From positions 1 to 32,118 of the IMG/VR virus record IMGVR_UViG_3300006919_000230: DNA of 32,118 bases; one strand, 5' to 3'. This DNA is from a virus. Its lineage: Duplodnaviria > Caudoviricetes. The translations under genes and the position numbers were made by a program. The notes below the pieces were generated by a model, which saw nothing but the letters and a program-made list of their open reading frames with translations, did no database searches and was not told where the DNA came from. The stretch's first letter is position 1; every line of letters starts with the position of its first letter. Below, one piece after another: positions 1 through 8,679 of the stretch.

Positions 1-16
1 CGCAGAACAAGCCGCC

Positions 17-235
17 GTGGCCGCCAATGCAGCGCTTGAGGAGCGGCAGAGGCACGTCATGGGGTGGGCATCCCGGCCAAGCGCCAACAACCCCTTCATG
101 GAAGCAGGGTCGCGTCCCGCGCCAGCTGTAAAGCCAGCGCTCTGTCCCGCATGCAACGGTAAGAAGGAGATCCTCGGAATAACCGGCTATCGCACCTGCG
201 AGGCCTGCGACGGAACGGGAGTGTCCAGTGTTTGA
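17..235 (+). CDS. Hypothetical protein with DnaJ-like Cys4 zinc finger (may begin upstream of the window)
   Basis: C-terminal CPACNGKK...CEACDGTG matches paired CxxCxGxG motifs; the stop overlaps the next gene's start. Confidence 0.6.
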   Translation: MAANAALEERQRHVMGWASRPSANNPFMEAGSRPAPAVKPALCPACNGKKEILGITGYRTCEACDGTGVSSV

Positions 236-590
236 CGCCCAGGACGTTCCGGCAGACACAGCCGACGAGGCCATCCCGCTAGAGATGACCCTGCTTTCAT
301 TCTCGGCAGTCCTGAGCGAACAGTCGCTCTGCTATCAGGCCTATATCAAGGCGATGCATCACGGGAAATTCATACTGGTCGCTCATGCATATAACAGCGG
401 CATGGGGAAGGTCACGGAAATCGACTTTGACCATCGCGCGGTGCGGAGTTTCGACCCTGATATCCCGGCAAGCAGGACGCGACGTCTGTCCGAAATTAAG
501 AAACAGATGCTGCGCGAGTATGACCTAGCGACCTGGGCCGATGCCGAGGCCGAGAGGCTGATCTATGACGGGGAGACGGCGGATGACTGA
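228..590 (+). CDS. Hypothetical phage protein
   Basis: 120-aa ORF with GTG start preceded by GGGAG; overlaps both neighbours; protein-like composition. Confidence 0.6.
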   Translation: MFDAQDVPADTADEAIPLEMTLLSFSAVLSEQSLCYQAYIKAMHHGKFILVAHAYNSGMGKVTEIDFDHRAVRSFDPDIPASRTRRLSEIKKQMLREYDLATWADAEAERLIYDGETADD

Positions 591-1014
591 CATCAGATCA
601 CTGAGGCTGGCGCTTGAGAATAAGCTCAATCATCGGCACGACCTTATCAAGGATAACATGGCCCTGGCCCGTCGGGTAAGCCACGCTGAAGGCGAGTTGA
701 GCGAAATTAACAGGATCGTGCAGAACCGAATGACTGGCGTGGCGCTTGACGACTGTGCTGACCACATCATCAAGGAAATCCTTAAGCATGGCACGCGGGC
801 ATCTCAGTTGGTCGCCCAGGAGTGCCGTGATAATGGAGATTATCTAGTCGGTATTAACGTCCCTTCGCTCCACATCCGCCACCGCATTCTTAGGGCAGAG
901 ATTGATCTGGAGATTCATCGTGATGCTATGGCGGCGCGGGACAGCGTGTTCGTTCCCATCAACACAAAGGACGACAAAGAAATTGCTCCGGTAACGCCGG
1001 GGCCACGAAACTAG
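583..1014 (+). CDS. Hypothetical phage protein with N-terminal coiled coil
   Basis: ORF track gives 565..1014; the ATG at 583 (ATGACTGA overlap with the upstream stop, GGGGAG upstream) is the more likely start. Confidence 0.6.
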   Translation: MTDIRSLRLALENKLNHRHDLIKDNMALARRVSHAEGELSEINRIVQNRMTGVALDDCADHIIKEILKHGTRASQLVAQECRDNGDYLVGINVPSLHIRHRILRAEIDLEIHRDAMAARDSVFVPINTKDDKEIAPVTPGPRN

Positions 1015-1145
1015 AGCGGGCCTTTCAACAGCCGACGCCCGGCTGCAAGTGTACCTGCTGGCGCAGCCAGTTAAGCCGACCCGCTCGCCCTCTTTCTCCC
1101 TGGGGTCAGTTGATGGTAAGGACACAGGCGAAACTATAGAGGGGC
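1014..1145 (+). promoter_or_regulatory. Structured leader (three-way junction plus anti-SD pairing) upstream of terminase small subunit
   Basis: GAGCGGG 1014-1020 pairs with CCCGCTC 1080-1086 and encloses hairpins CAGCCG/CGGCTG (1029-1045) and CTGGC/GCCAG (1058-1070). CCCTCT 1088-1093 pairs with SD-containing AGAGGG 1138-1143. Confidence 0.4.
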
Positions 1146-1151
1146 CAACCT

Positions 1152-1652
1152 ATGCCGCAGCCGACAGTTAAGGTGATCGTAGAGAACTCGGTGGCGACCG
1201 CCCTCGACGGCATCCGCGAGCGCTATGCATTCCATCGAGCGACTGGCTGGACACAAGGCGCATCGTTCGACAAGGCCTGGGACGATAACGGACTGGACGC
1301 TCCTAAAACGAGCCCGCAGACGTTTGAAAAAGACCCGCTGGTCATTCGCCGCATCTCCGAGATCAAGGCGACAGTCGCAGTAAAGACAGAACTCGATTAC
1401 GAGTGGTTAGTCGGCGAGGCACTGAAGCAATACCGGAAGGTCGATTCGATGGATGGAGTGCAGTCCGTTCGGGCGGCGCAGGCGGGGCTAGACCAGTTGG
1501 CCAAGCTTATGGGCCTCGATGTCACAAAGATCGAACTTGCGGGGAAGGATGGAAAACCGCTAGTATCGTCTGATCCACTGGACGTCGTTAAGCGGATCGC
1601 GGAATTATTTCTGCAGCAGCGTGACCAGAAACCAACGAATAGCGAGGATTAG
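1152..1652 (+). CDS. Probable terminase small subunit
   Basis: Helical 166-aa protein upstream of TerL with the typical TerS C-terminal pattern ALDQ-like 'GLDQLAKLMGLDVTKIELAGKDGKPL'; SD AGAGGGG at 1138-1144. Confidence 0.7.
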   Translation: MPQPTVKVIVENSVATALDGIRERYAFHRATGWTQGASFDKAWDDNGLDAPKTSPQTFEKDPLVIRRISEIKATVAVKTELDYEWLVGEALKQYRKVDSMDGVQSVRAAQAGLDQLAKLMGLDVTKIELAGKDGKPLVSSDPLDVVKRIAELFLQQRDQKPTNSED

Positions 1653-2116
1653 TGATGAGCGCAGTAGTTTCCCTCCACGGCAACCGTCTGGGCCTAGGCA
1701 GCCTCGGCAATCTCGAAACCCAGACCAGCGCCAGCGAGGGGATCGACCTGACGCCTCCCTGCGCGAACGCTACCATTTCTATCGGTGACGAGTCCGCTAA
1801 CGTCCGCATCATCACGATCCAGCTTGAAGACGCCAACGGCGTTGCCCGAGCCGCGTCTGATATTGTGACGGTCTTCGTCTTTGCCGACGCAGGCGGTCTC
1901 GCCCTCGCCACTGGCGGGTCAACCGGCATCGCCATCTCGACGGACGGCGCAATTTTCGACACTGTCGTTGCCAAGAAAATCTTCACCATCAATTCAGAAG
2001 CCGATGGCGACATCGATCTGACATGGACAGATACCGGCACAGAAGCCGTGTATCTAGGCGTTCGATTGCCAGGGGGCCGCATGGTCATCTCTGACGTGAT
2101 CCAGAACGCCGCTTAA
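1652..2116 (+). CDS. Hypothetical beta-rich protein, possibly a virion decoration or Ig-like protein
   Basis: 154 aa rich in A/G/T/D/V/I with alternating beta-strand patterns; start overlaps the TerS stop (TAGTGATG). Confidence 0.65.
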   Translation: MMSAVVSLHGNRLGLGSLGNLETQTSASEGIDLTPPCANATISIGDESANVRIITIQLEDANGVARAASDIVTVFVFADAGGLALATGGSTGIAISTDGAIFDTVVAKKIFTINSEADGDIDLTWTDTGTEAVYLGVRLPGGRMVISDVIQNAA

Positions 2117-2146
2117 AGAACCAGGAAGGCCGAGAGGAATATCCAT

Positions 2147-2458
2147 ATGGGTCAAGCTATCTCCGTGGCTAAATACCAGTTTGACATCAATGAAGCGGCG
2201 TTGGCTTGGTCAGCCTCTGTTGCTGATGCCGAACGATCTATGGATAAGATGATCGGTCTTCTTTGGGCTGGCGGCAGCGACGTTACTCTCCCTGTATCCG
2301 TCGCTGCCGCCGTTATTGCCGAACAAGAGAGGCGGGCCGAGAAGCTGAAGGCTAGGTCCGCTGCAGAACATAAGCTGCGTGAAGCCGCTAATAAGCCTGC
2401 CCAGCCTGCCCAGCCTGCCAAGCCTGCCAAGGCCGCCAAGGCCGCTAAGGCCAAATAA
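2147..2458 (+). CDS. Hypothetical protein with basic PAK/AAK C-terminal tail
   Basis: SD GAGAGG upstream; ends KPAQPAQPAKPAKAAKAAKAK. Confidence 0.7.
   Translation: MGQAISVAKYQFDINEAALAWSASVADAERSMDKMIGLLWAGGSDVTLPVSVAAAVIAEQERRAEKLKARSAAEHKLREAANKPAQPAQPAKPAKAAKAAKAK
2393..2455 (+). repeat. Seven degenerate 9-bp tandem repeats
   Basis: aagcctgcc cagcctgcc cagcctgcc aagcctgcc aaggccgcc aaggccgct aaggccaaa. Confidence 0.9.
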
Positions 2459-2460
2459 AC

Positions 2461-2649
2461 ATGCCGTCGAGCCCAGGCGTGGTCCAGCAAGCGCATCGCT
2501 GGTTAGAGGAAAACCCTGAGCGGGATGTCCCGAGGCGTGACCTGTACCAGACAACAACGCTGCAGGGGAATATCCGGTTCGGCATCATGGCCCGGTTCGC
2601 CAGCTATGCAAAACGGGTGATCGCGAATGAGCGAGACCAATCTTCTTGA
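2461..2649 (+). CDS. Hypothetical small protein
   Basis: 62-aa ORF filling the gap between the 2147 gene and TerL, overlapping the TerL start. Confidence 0.5.
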   Translation: MPSSPGVVQQAHRWLEENPERDVPRRDLYQTTTLQGNIRFGIMARFASYAKRVIANERDQSS

Positions 2650-4198
2650 TCAACTCTTAGCCGATTATACGGCGCTGCCTGCCGCGCAACAGGCCGAGAT
2701 CGCAGAGGCGGTCACATCTCTCACATCTCCGATATGGGTTCCGACGCCGGGGCCGCAACGCGAAGCTTTTTACAGCAGGGCGGATCTTCTGCTGTTCGGG
2801 GGCAGCGCAGGCGGCGGTAAATCGGATCTTCTTTGCGGACTCGCCACCACGGCTCACAAGCAATCTCTCCTGATGCGGCGACGACACAAAGCGCTGCAGG
2901 GAATGATCGACCGCATTAAGGCGCTCGTCGGTTCCGACCGCGTTAGAGAGGGTGGCCAGCCCCGCGCCATCACAGAGGATCGCCGGGTCATCGAGTTCGG
3001 CGCGGCCCAGTACATCGGTGATGAGGAGGATTATCAGGGACGCCCACGCGACCTGCTGGGGTTCGATGAGGCCGCGCACTGGGCCGAGATCCAGGTTCAA
3101 AACCTAATGGGCTGGGTGCGGACAGAAGACCCGAACCAGAGATACAGGACGGTCCTCGCCTCAAACCCGCCGCTAGACAGCACGGGTGACTGGCTGATCA
3201 AATGGTTCCGGCCCTGGCTAGACATCACGCACCCTGACCCTGCCGAGAGCGGCGAACTGCGATGGTTTATATCAGACGAGAATGGCGACGACGTAGAAAT
3301 GCCGGGGCCGTCGCCCGTCGAACGAGACGGCAAGATCCTGCAGCCGAAGTCCAGGACGTTCATTCGATCAACACTGTCTGACAATCCATATTATGTTCGA
3401 ACGGGATACGCTGCCACGCTCGACGCGATGCCAGAACCGCTGCGATCAGCAATGCGGGATGGCAATTTTATGGCGGCCAGGGTGGATGATGAATGGCAGG
3501 TCATCCCAACAGAATGGATCACTGAGGCGCAGAAGCGGTGGACCCGTCAGCCGCCTGACTACGCTCCGATGTGCGCCCTTGGGGTCGATGTGGCCCAGGG
3601 CGGGCAAGACAACACGGTCATCGCGGCGCGGCATGACGGCTGGTTCGCCCCGCTGATTAAGCGCCCAGGGTCCGAGACACCAACAGGCAAAGAGGTGGCG
3701 GGCATGATCATCGCTAACCGCCGCGACAACGCCACGGTCGTCATCGACGTCGGCGGGGGATACGGCGGCGGGACCATTGTCCACCTGGAACAGAACAACA
3801 TCGACAGCGTGAGCTTCAATGGTGCGAATGCCGACACGGGCCGGACGAAAGACGGCAAGCTGAAATTTGCCAACCGCAGATCCTCCGCCATATGGAGGTT
3901 CCGAGAGGCTTTAGACCCGGATCAGCCTGGGGGCAGTAACATAGCCCTGCCAGATGATCCCATGTTGAGGGCCGATTTGACCGCCCCGCGCTACACTGTG
4001 ACGTCAAGGGGAATACAGGTCGAAAGCAAAGTAGACATTAAAAAACGGATCAAGCGGTCAACGGACGACGGTGATGCAGTTATCATGTCATGGTCTGCTG
4101 GCGCTAGATGGGCTACCAATGAGAAGGGCTGGCGTCAAAATAGGGGCAACGCTACGCCAAAAGTGATAAGACATAGGGCTCACCAGAAGAGGAATTAA
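2627..4198 (+). CDS. terL: Terminase large subunit
   Basis: PTPGPQ adenine-binding motif, Walker A GGSAGGGKS, Walker B LLGFDEA, coupling motif LASNPP, RNase H-like nuclease motifs LGVDVA and STDDGDA. Confidence 0.95.
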   Translation: MSETNLLDQLLADYTALPAAQQAEIAEAVTSLTSPIWVPTPGPQREAFYSRADLLLFGGSAGGGKSDLLCGLATTAHKQSLLMRRRHKALQGMIDRIKALVGSDRVREGGQPRAITEDRRVIEFGAAQYIGDEEDYQGRPRDLLGFDEAAHWAEIQVQNLMGWVRTEDPNQRYRTVLASNPPLDSTGDWLIKWFRPWLDITHPDPAESGELRWFISDENGDDVEMPGPSPVERDGKILQPKSRTFIRSTLSDNPYYVRTGYAATLDAMPEPLRSAMRDGNFMAARVDDEWQVIPTEWITEAQKRWTRQPPDYAPMCALGVDVAQGGQDNTVIAARHDGWFAPLIKRPGSETPTGKEVAGMIIANRRDNATVVIDVGGGYGGGTIVHLEQNNIDSVSFNGANADTGRTKDGKLKFANRRSSAIWRFREALDPDQPGGSNIALPDDPMLRADLTAPRYTVTSRGIQVESKVDIKKRIKRSTDDGDAVIMSWSAGARWATNEKGWRQNRGNATPKVIRHRAHQKRN

Positions 4199-4200
4199 CG

Positions 4201-4434
4201 ATGGGTGGACTATTCGGCGCTCCAAAAACGCCCCCAATCCCCGATCCGCCAGAGATGCCGGATCCGGATGACGACGCAGCTGCGAAGGCGCGACGGCGAA
4301 CCAGGGCGGCTGCCAGCCAGCGCTCCGGCGCGCAATCAACCCGGTCGAGTGACCGTGGTGGAAGCCTGGGGTCAACATCGGCAACGGCGCTGGGCGGCGG
4401 TGGCGGATATAGCAAAACGTCGCTAGGAGCCTGA
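4201..4434 (+). CDS. Small virion assembly protein upstream of portal
   Basis: MGGLFGAPKTPPIPDPP...RRR...SKTSLGA pattern and position match the small pre-portal genes of BPP-1/T7-like podoviruses; SD GAGG. Confidence 0.75.
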   Translation: MGGLFGAPKTPPIPDPPEMPDPDDDAAAKARRRTRAAASQRSGAQSTRSSDRGGSLGSTSATALGGGGGYSKTSLGA

Positions 4435-4435
4435 C

Positions 4436-6145
4436 ATGGATGAAATGACCGTCTCAAAGCAGCAGCTTACGCAGATAGTGGGCCGCTCAAACAAATTGTT
4501 TGGGGGGCGGTCATCGCTGGTCTCGTATTGGCAGGACGTGGCAGAACATTGCTATGTCGAACGCGCCCATTTCAAAGGAACCGGGACGCTCGATCCGTCC
4601 GACTTCTCCGGGCATTTAACCAGCGGCGCGGGCATTCAGGCGCGGTCAGAGTTGGCCAACGCTGTCAGCGGCATGCTGCGGCCTCCTGGGCGTGTCTGGT
4701 TCCGCCCCAAAATGCGCGGGATCGACAGTGAGGATCTGGATCAAAAGATTGTCCTGCAGCTGGAACGCATTCGGACGATTATGCAAAACGCGATGTATGA
4801 CCCTCTCAGCCGGTTCTCACGGGCGACCAAGCAGGCGGACAATGACTATGTTGCGTTCGGCAATGCGGTCATCGGCATCGAGATCAACAGAAAACGGTCA
4901 ACCCTGCTGTATCGGAATCACCATCTGCGGGACTGCGCCTGGGCCGAAGGGGGCGATGGCGAGGTTGACGAGATATATATCAAGATTGAGCGGACGTGCG
5001 CGCAGTTGAAGGGCGAGCGGCGGCTGTCTTTGGCGCCTAATGTGCAGAGCCTAAGCGACCGCGAGATGCATCAAAAGATTAAATGCCTTTGGGTGGTCGT
5101 CCCGGCAGAGCAGGTCTGGGGCTACAAGCACGAAGGCAAGTTTGCTAGCCTCTATATCGACGCCGAGAATGAACATCTTATGGCGGCGGAGATGCGCGAC
5201 TATTTCGGATATGTCGTCCCCCGATGGCAAACGGTATCCGACAGTCAGTATGGATATAGCCCGCCTACGGTGGCATCCCTGCCAGACGTCCGCAGCCTCC
5301 AGGCAATCATGCGCTCGCTAATGGAAGCTGGTGAGAAAGCCGCTGATCCTCCAATGGCCGCGCAACAGGACGTCGTTCGCGGCGACATTGACCTTACTAG
5401 CGGCGGGCTGACGTGGCTCGATGCTGAATATGATGAAAGCCTGGGCGCGGCTATCCGCCCGCTGGTCCAATCCGCGCGGGGGTTCCCGTTTGGCTGGCAG
5501 ATCATGGAAGACGTCCGCGCTCAAGTGGCCGCTGCGTTTATGCTGAACAAGCTGACGCTGCCGGACGCGGGGCATGGTGACATGACGGCTTATGAGGTTG
5601 GCCAGCGCATCCAGGAATATGTGAGGTCCGCAACGCCTCTGTTCGAGCCAATCCAGGCGGATTACAACGCCAAACTTTGCGACGAAACGTTCAATGTGCT
5701 GACTGCGGCGGAGGCTATGCCAGCGCCAGAAACCCTGCCTGAAGAGATGACGGATACTGACATTGATTTCTCGTTTGAAAACCCGTTCACGGCGGCGGCG
5801 TCTCAGGAGGTCGCGGTCCAGTATGATGCCGTCACCGGCCTGCTGAGTCGCCAGATGCAACTGGACCCGATGGCAGTGGCCGAGCTTGATACGAATATCA
5901 TGTTCCGTGCTGCCGTTCGCGGCCTTTCTGTCCCGGCTGACTGGCTGCGGAGTGAAGACGACGCAATGGAACAGCGGGCGGTCTTAGAGCAACAGGCGAA
6001 AGCGGCGCAGCAGATGGCCATGATGCGAGAGATGGCGGAGACAGCCCAGGCTGCAGGGGCGGGTATGTCGGCTATGGGTGATGGCGCTGCGGCTATGGGG
6101 CCGGAGGCTATGATGGGCGTGGAAGGGCAGCCAGATGCAGCCTGA
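4436..6145 (+). CDS. Portal (head-to-tail connector) protein, T7 gp8/BPP-1 type
   Basis: 569 aa with motifs YVVPRWQTVSDSQYGYSP, GEKAADPPM and MTAYEVGQRIQE; located between TerL and scaffold. Confidence 0.92.
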   Translation: MDEMTVSKQQLTQIVGRSNKLFGGRSSLVSYWQDVAEHCYVERAHFKGTGTLDPSDFSGHLTSGAGIQARSELANAVSGMLRPPGRVWFRPKMRGIDSEDLDQKIVLQLERIRTIMQNAMYDPLSRFSRATKQADNDYVAFGNAVIGIEINRKRSTLLYRNHHLRDCAWAEGGDGEVDEIYIKIERTCAQLKGERRLSLAPNVQSLSDREMHQKIKCLWVVVPAEQVWGYKHEGKFASLYIDAENEHLMAAEMRDYFGYVVPRWQTVSDSQYGYSPPTVASLPDVRSLQAIMRSLMEAGEKAADPPMAAQQDVVRGDIDLTSGGLTWLDAEYDESLGAAIRPLVQSARGFPFGWQIMEDVRAQVAAAFMLNKLTLPDAGHGDMTAYEVGQRIQEYVRSATPLFEPIQADYNAKLCDETFNVLTAAEAMPAPETLPEEMTDTDIDFSFENPFTAAASQEVAVQYDAVTGLLSRQMQLDPMAVAELDTNIMFRAAVRGLSVPADWLRSEDDAMEQRAVLEQQAKAAQQMAMMREMAETAQAAGAGMSAMGDGAAAMGPEAMMGVEGQPDAA

Positions 6146-6476
6146 TCCATCTAAGCCGTGGATGCCGGTTTCACTATCGAAAACCGAACACATTGCGTTC
6201 CAGGCTGTATATGACGGGGAGGCTAACGCGGGGCAGCAGCGGCTGGTGATGGATATGATCATCAAGGCTTTCTGCCGCTATGACGACATTTCGTTCAGGC
6301 CGGAAAACCAATATGAGACGGCATTTGCGGAAGGTAAGCGCTTTGTCGGATCGCAGATCATCAAACGACTGAGCGTACACTCACAACTTCACGACGAAGA
6401 GGGACAATTACATGAACGACACTTTACCAAACGATGGAGAGATCAAGCCCGAAGCTGGTTCTCCTGGGGCAAGTGA
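6135..6476 (+). CDS. Bbp19-like phage protein
   Basis: ISFRPENQYETAFAEGKRFVGSQI motif is typical of the gene that follows the portal in this phage group. Confidence 0.75.
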   Translation: MQPDPSKPWMPVSLSKTEHIAFQAVYDGEANAGQQRLVMDMIIKAFCRYDDISFRPENQYETAFAEGKRFVGSQIIKRLSVHSQLHDEEGQLHERHFTKRWRDQARSWFSWGK

Positions 6477-7365
6477 TACTCCGCCTGGGGCTGCAGGCAG
6501 TGGCGCAGACCCCGCGAGCCCGCCGTCAGCTTTAGACGGGGCCGCTCCACCCGCTCCACCCCCACCTTCAGATCCGCCTGCCGCGCAAGACAGAAATTGG
6601 CGTGAAGAGATGGCTGGCGGCGATCAGAAACTGCTGTCCAGGCTCGGTCGATACAAAGACCCGGCAGCACTGGCCAAGGCATGGCAAGAGGCAGACAGGA
6701 AGATCAACAGCGGGGAAGTGCGCCCGGTCCCGAAGGAAGGGGCGACAGATGAAGAGCGCGCTGCTTATCGTGAGGCGATGGGCGTACCTGCCGAGCCCAC
6801 GGGATACGAGGTCGCTCTGTCTGGCGGGCTATCCATTGGCGAAGACGACCAGCCGCGCGTCCAGGCATTCCTGGAGGCCGCTCACGGTACTGATATGACG
6901 CCAGCGCAGGTCAACGGGGCTCTGGACTGGTATTATGCCGAGCAAGACAATGCGGCTGCCCAGCAGGCCGAGGCTGATCGCACGGCGGCTGAAGAGACAA
7001 CGGTCGCGCTCCGTGAAAAGTATGGTGCCGATTATCTGGCGGTGAACAACAGCATCAAGGCGCTGCTGGGAAGCGCGGATGAAGCGACTTATATGAACCT
7101 GATGAATGCTCGGCTTGGCGACGGGTCTATGCTGGGCAACAACGTTGCCGTCCTCGATCTGTTAGCTGACGCAGCCCTCAAGGCCAATCCTATCGCCCGC
7201 TTGATCCCGAACGCGGACAGCAATCCAGCGCAATCTGTTGACGAAGAACTTGCGGAACTGAGAAAATTCATGCAAACAGATCGGGATGCGTACTTCAAAG
7301 ACAGCGCCAAGCAGGAGCGTTATCGCTCCCTGATCGACGCTAAGTCCAAATTGGAGGCGCGTTAA
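6412..7365 (+). CDS. Capsid scaffolding/assembly protein
   Basis: Acidic, Pro/Ala-rich N-terminus and helical body; located directly upstream of the capsid gene. Confidence 0.8.
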   Translation: MNDTLPNDGEIKPEAGSPGASDTPPGAAGSGADPASPPSALDGAAPPAPPPPSDPPAAQDRNWREEMAGGDQKLLSRLGRYKDPAALAKAWQEADRKINSGEVRPVPKEGATDEERAAYREAMGVPAEPTGYEVALSGGLSIGEDDQPRVQAFLEAAHGTDMTPAQVNGALDWYYAEQDNAAAQQAEADRTAAEETTVALREKYGADYLAVNNSIKALLGSADEATYMNLMNARLGDGSMLGNNVAVLDLLADAALKANPIARLIPNADSNPAQSVDEELAELRKFMQTDRDAYFKDSAKQERYRSLIDAKSKLEAR

Positions 7366-7368
7366 CAA

Positions 7369-7545
7369 GGCTAGAACGTCACCCCGCATAGCGGCGCGTG
7401 TCTAGCCTGCCTACCCGGCCAAACGCTATGGCGCTGGGTGGTATGGACGACAGGCGCTGCTTTGCTGCGGTCACCCCTAGTCTCCCTGTCCCCAGTTATC
7501 CCGAAGGCACTCGGCCACTGATTTCTTTAACCTCAGTGGGAGCGC
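7369..7545 (+). ncRNA. Candidate cis-regulatory structured RNA in the capsid gene leader
   Basis: Hairpin 1 is GGCTAGA 7369-7375 / TCTAGCC 7401-7407; hairpin 2 is 7408-7419 / 7433-7443. Their loops carry complementary CATAGCG 7387-7393 and CGCTATG 7424-7430. Hairpin CCACTGA 7515-7521 / TCAGTGG 7533-7539 overlaps SD GGGAG 7538-7542. Confidence 0.5.
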
Positions 7546-7551
7546 ACCAAA

Positions 7552-8379
7552 ATGGTGACAGCAGCACAAATCCAATACCGGGATGAGTTCATCGCCGGTT
7601 TCGAGCAAGGCCAGAGCCTCCTTATGGACGCCTGTGTCAACGAAGCCCAGATCAAGGGCAATCAAGCAGTCTTTCTGGTGGCAGACAGCGGAAACGCAGA
7701 AGCCTAGACCTGTGGCGTAAATGGCCGCATCCCCTCTCGCAACGATAACCTCGCGCAGCCTACGGCAACGCTCGAAGAATGGCACGACAAGGCCACTCGC
7801 TCGGGTTTTGATCTGTTCGGCAGCCAAGGCGATGGTCGCAAGATCATGCAGGCCACGACGATGCAGGTCGTCAACCGGAAGGTGGATCAGATCGTCCTCG
7901 ACGCGATGTCGGCGGCGACCCAAACCACGACCACTGCGACCACGGCCAGCGTCAATCTGGTCATGCGCGCCCGGACGATCTTGGGCAATAACGCTGTTCC
8001 GACGAACGACGGAATGATGAGCATGGTCGTGACGCCAGCGTTCATGGCCTACATCATCCAAGCACCTGAGTTCTCCAGCGGTGACTATGTGGACGCGAAG
8101 CCGTTCGCCGGGTCTCCCAAGGTGTTCAAGTGGTTCGGCATCACGTTCATCGAGCATCCTAATCTTGCTGGCGCGGGTACGTCGTCTTCGACGTGTTATC
8201 TGTGGCACAAGAACTCTATGGGCTGCGCGGTTGATACCGCAGGCATGGATGTGGACAGCGGCTATAACGGTGAAGATCAGTACAACTGGGCGCGGGTTTC
8301 CACGTTCATGGGTTCTAAACTGATCCAGAACACCGGCATCGTCAAAGTCCTTCACAACGACGCAGCCATGTCCGCTTAA
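7552..8379 (+). CDS. Major capsid protein interrupted by an in-frame TAG at 7705-7707 (pseudogene, sequence error or readthrough)
   Basis: ATG 7552 with SD GGGAG reads MVTAAQIQYRDEFIAGFEQGQSLL...FLVADSGNAEA*TCGVNGRIPSR...EEWHD and continues in frame into ORF 7846..8379, 275 codons in total. Position follows the scaffold; capsid-like motifs KWFGITFIEHP and SKLIQNTGIV. Confidence 0.85.
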
Positions 8380-8414
8380 CAGCGGCCTGCCTGAACTAAC
8401 AAGGAGCCATTATC

Positions 8415-8675
8415 ATGGCATACGCTACGACTAACCCGCCTACCCAGCTGGTCCAAGGACTGGCTGGGGGCCCAGCCATCTGGCATTATTCGTCCGCTGA
8501 TGTGGACAGTGATGTTGATGCGGCTGGATATTTCACGAACGGTGATGCTCTCGGCATGAATGTCGGGGACGTGGTTCACGTCTTCGATACTGCTGGGGTC
8601 ATGACCTATATGTTCGTGAGCGCGGTCACAGCAGGCGGGGCCGCTACGGTCGCCGCAGGCACGGTGACGGTCTAA
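8415..8675 (+). CDS. Small virion protein, possibly capsid decoration
   Basis: Strong SD AAGGAG; 86 aa, A/G/T/V-rich; immediately after the capsid gene. Confidence 0.75.
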   Translation: MAYATTNPPTQLVQGLAGGPAIWHYSSADVDSDVDAAGYFTNGDALGMNVGDVVHVFDTAGVMTYMFVSAVTAGGAATVAAGTVTV

Positions 8676-8679
8676 AGAC

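Noticed and set aside
1098-1145. Hammerhead ribozyme (TTGATGG...GAAAC)
   Set aside because: The core deviates from CTGANGA and the required flanking stems could not be built.
2393-2455. CRISPR-like or regulatory repeat array
   Set aside because: The units are 9 bp with no spacers and lie in frame within a coding sequence.
7477-8355. 292-aa minus-strand ORF
   Set aside because: Antisense shadow of the codon-biased capsid gene; R/H/V/D-rich with no motifs and opposite to the operon direction.
7846-8379. 177-aa ORF as the complete capsid protein
   Set aside because: Too short and has no good SD; capsid-like coding continues in frame upstream to ATG 7552 across the TAG.
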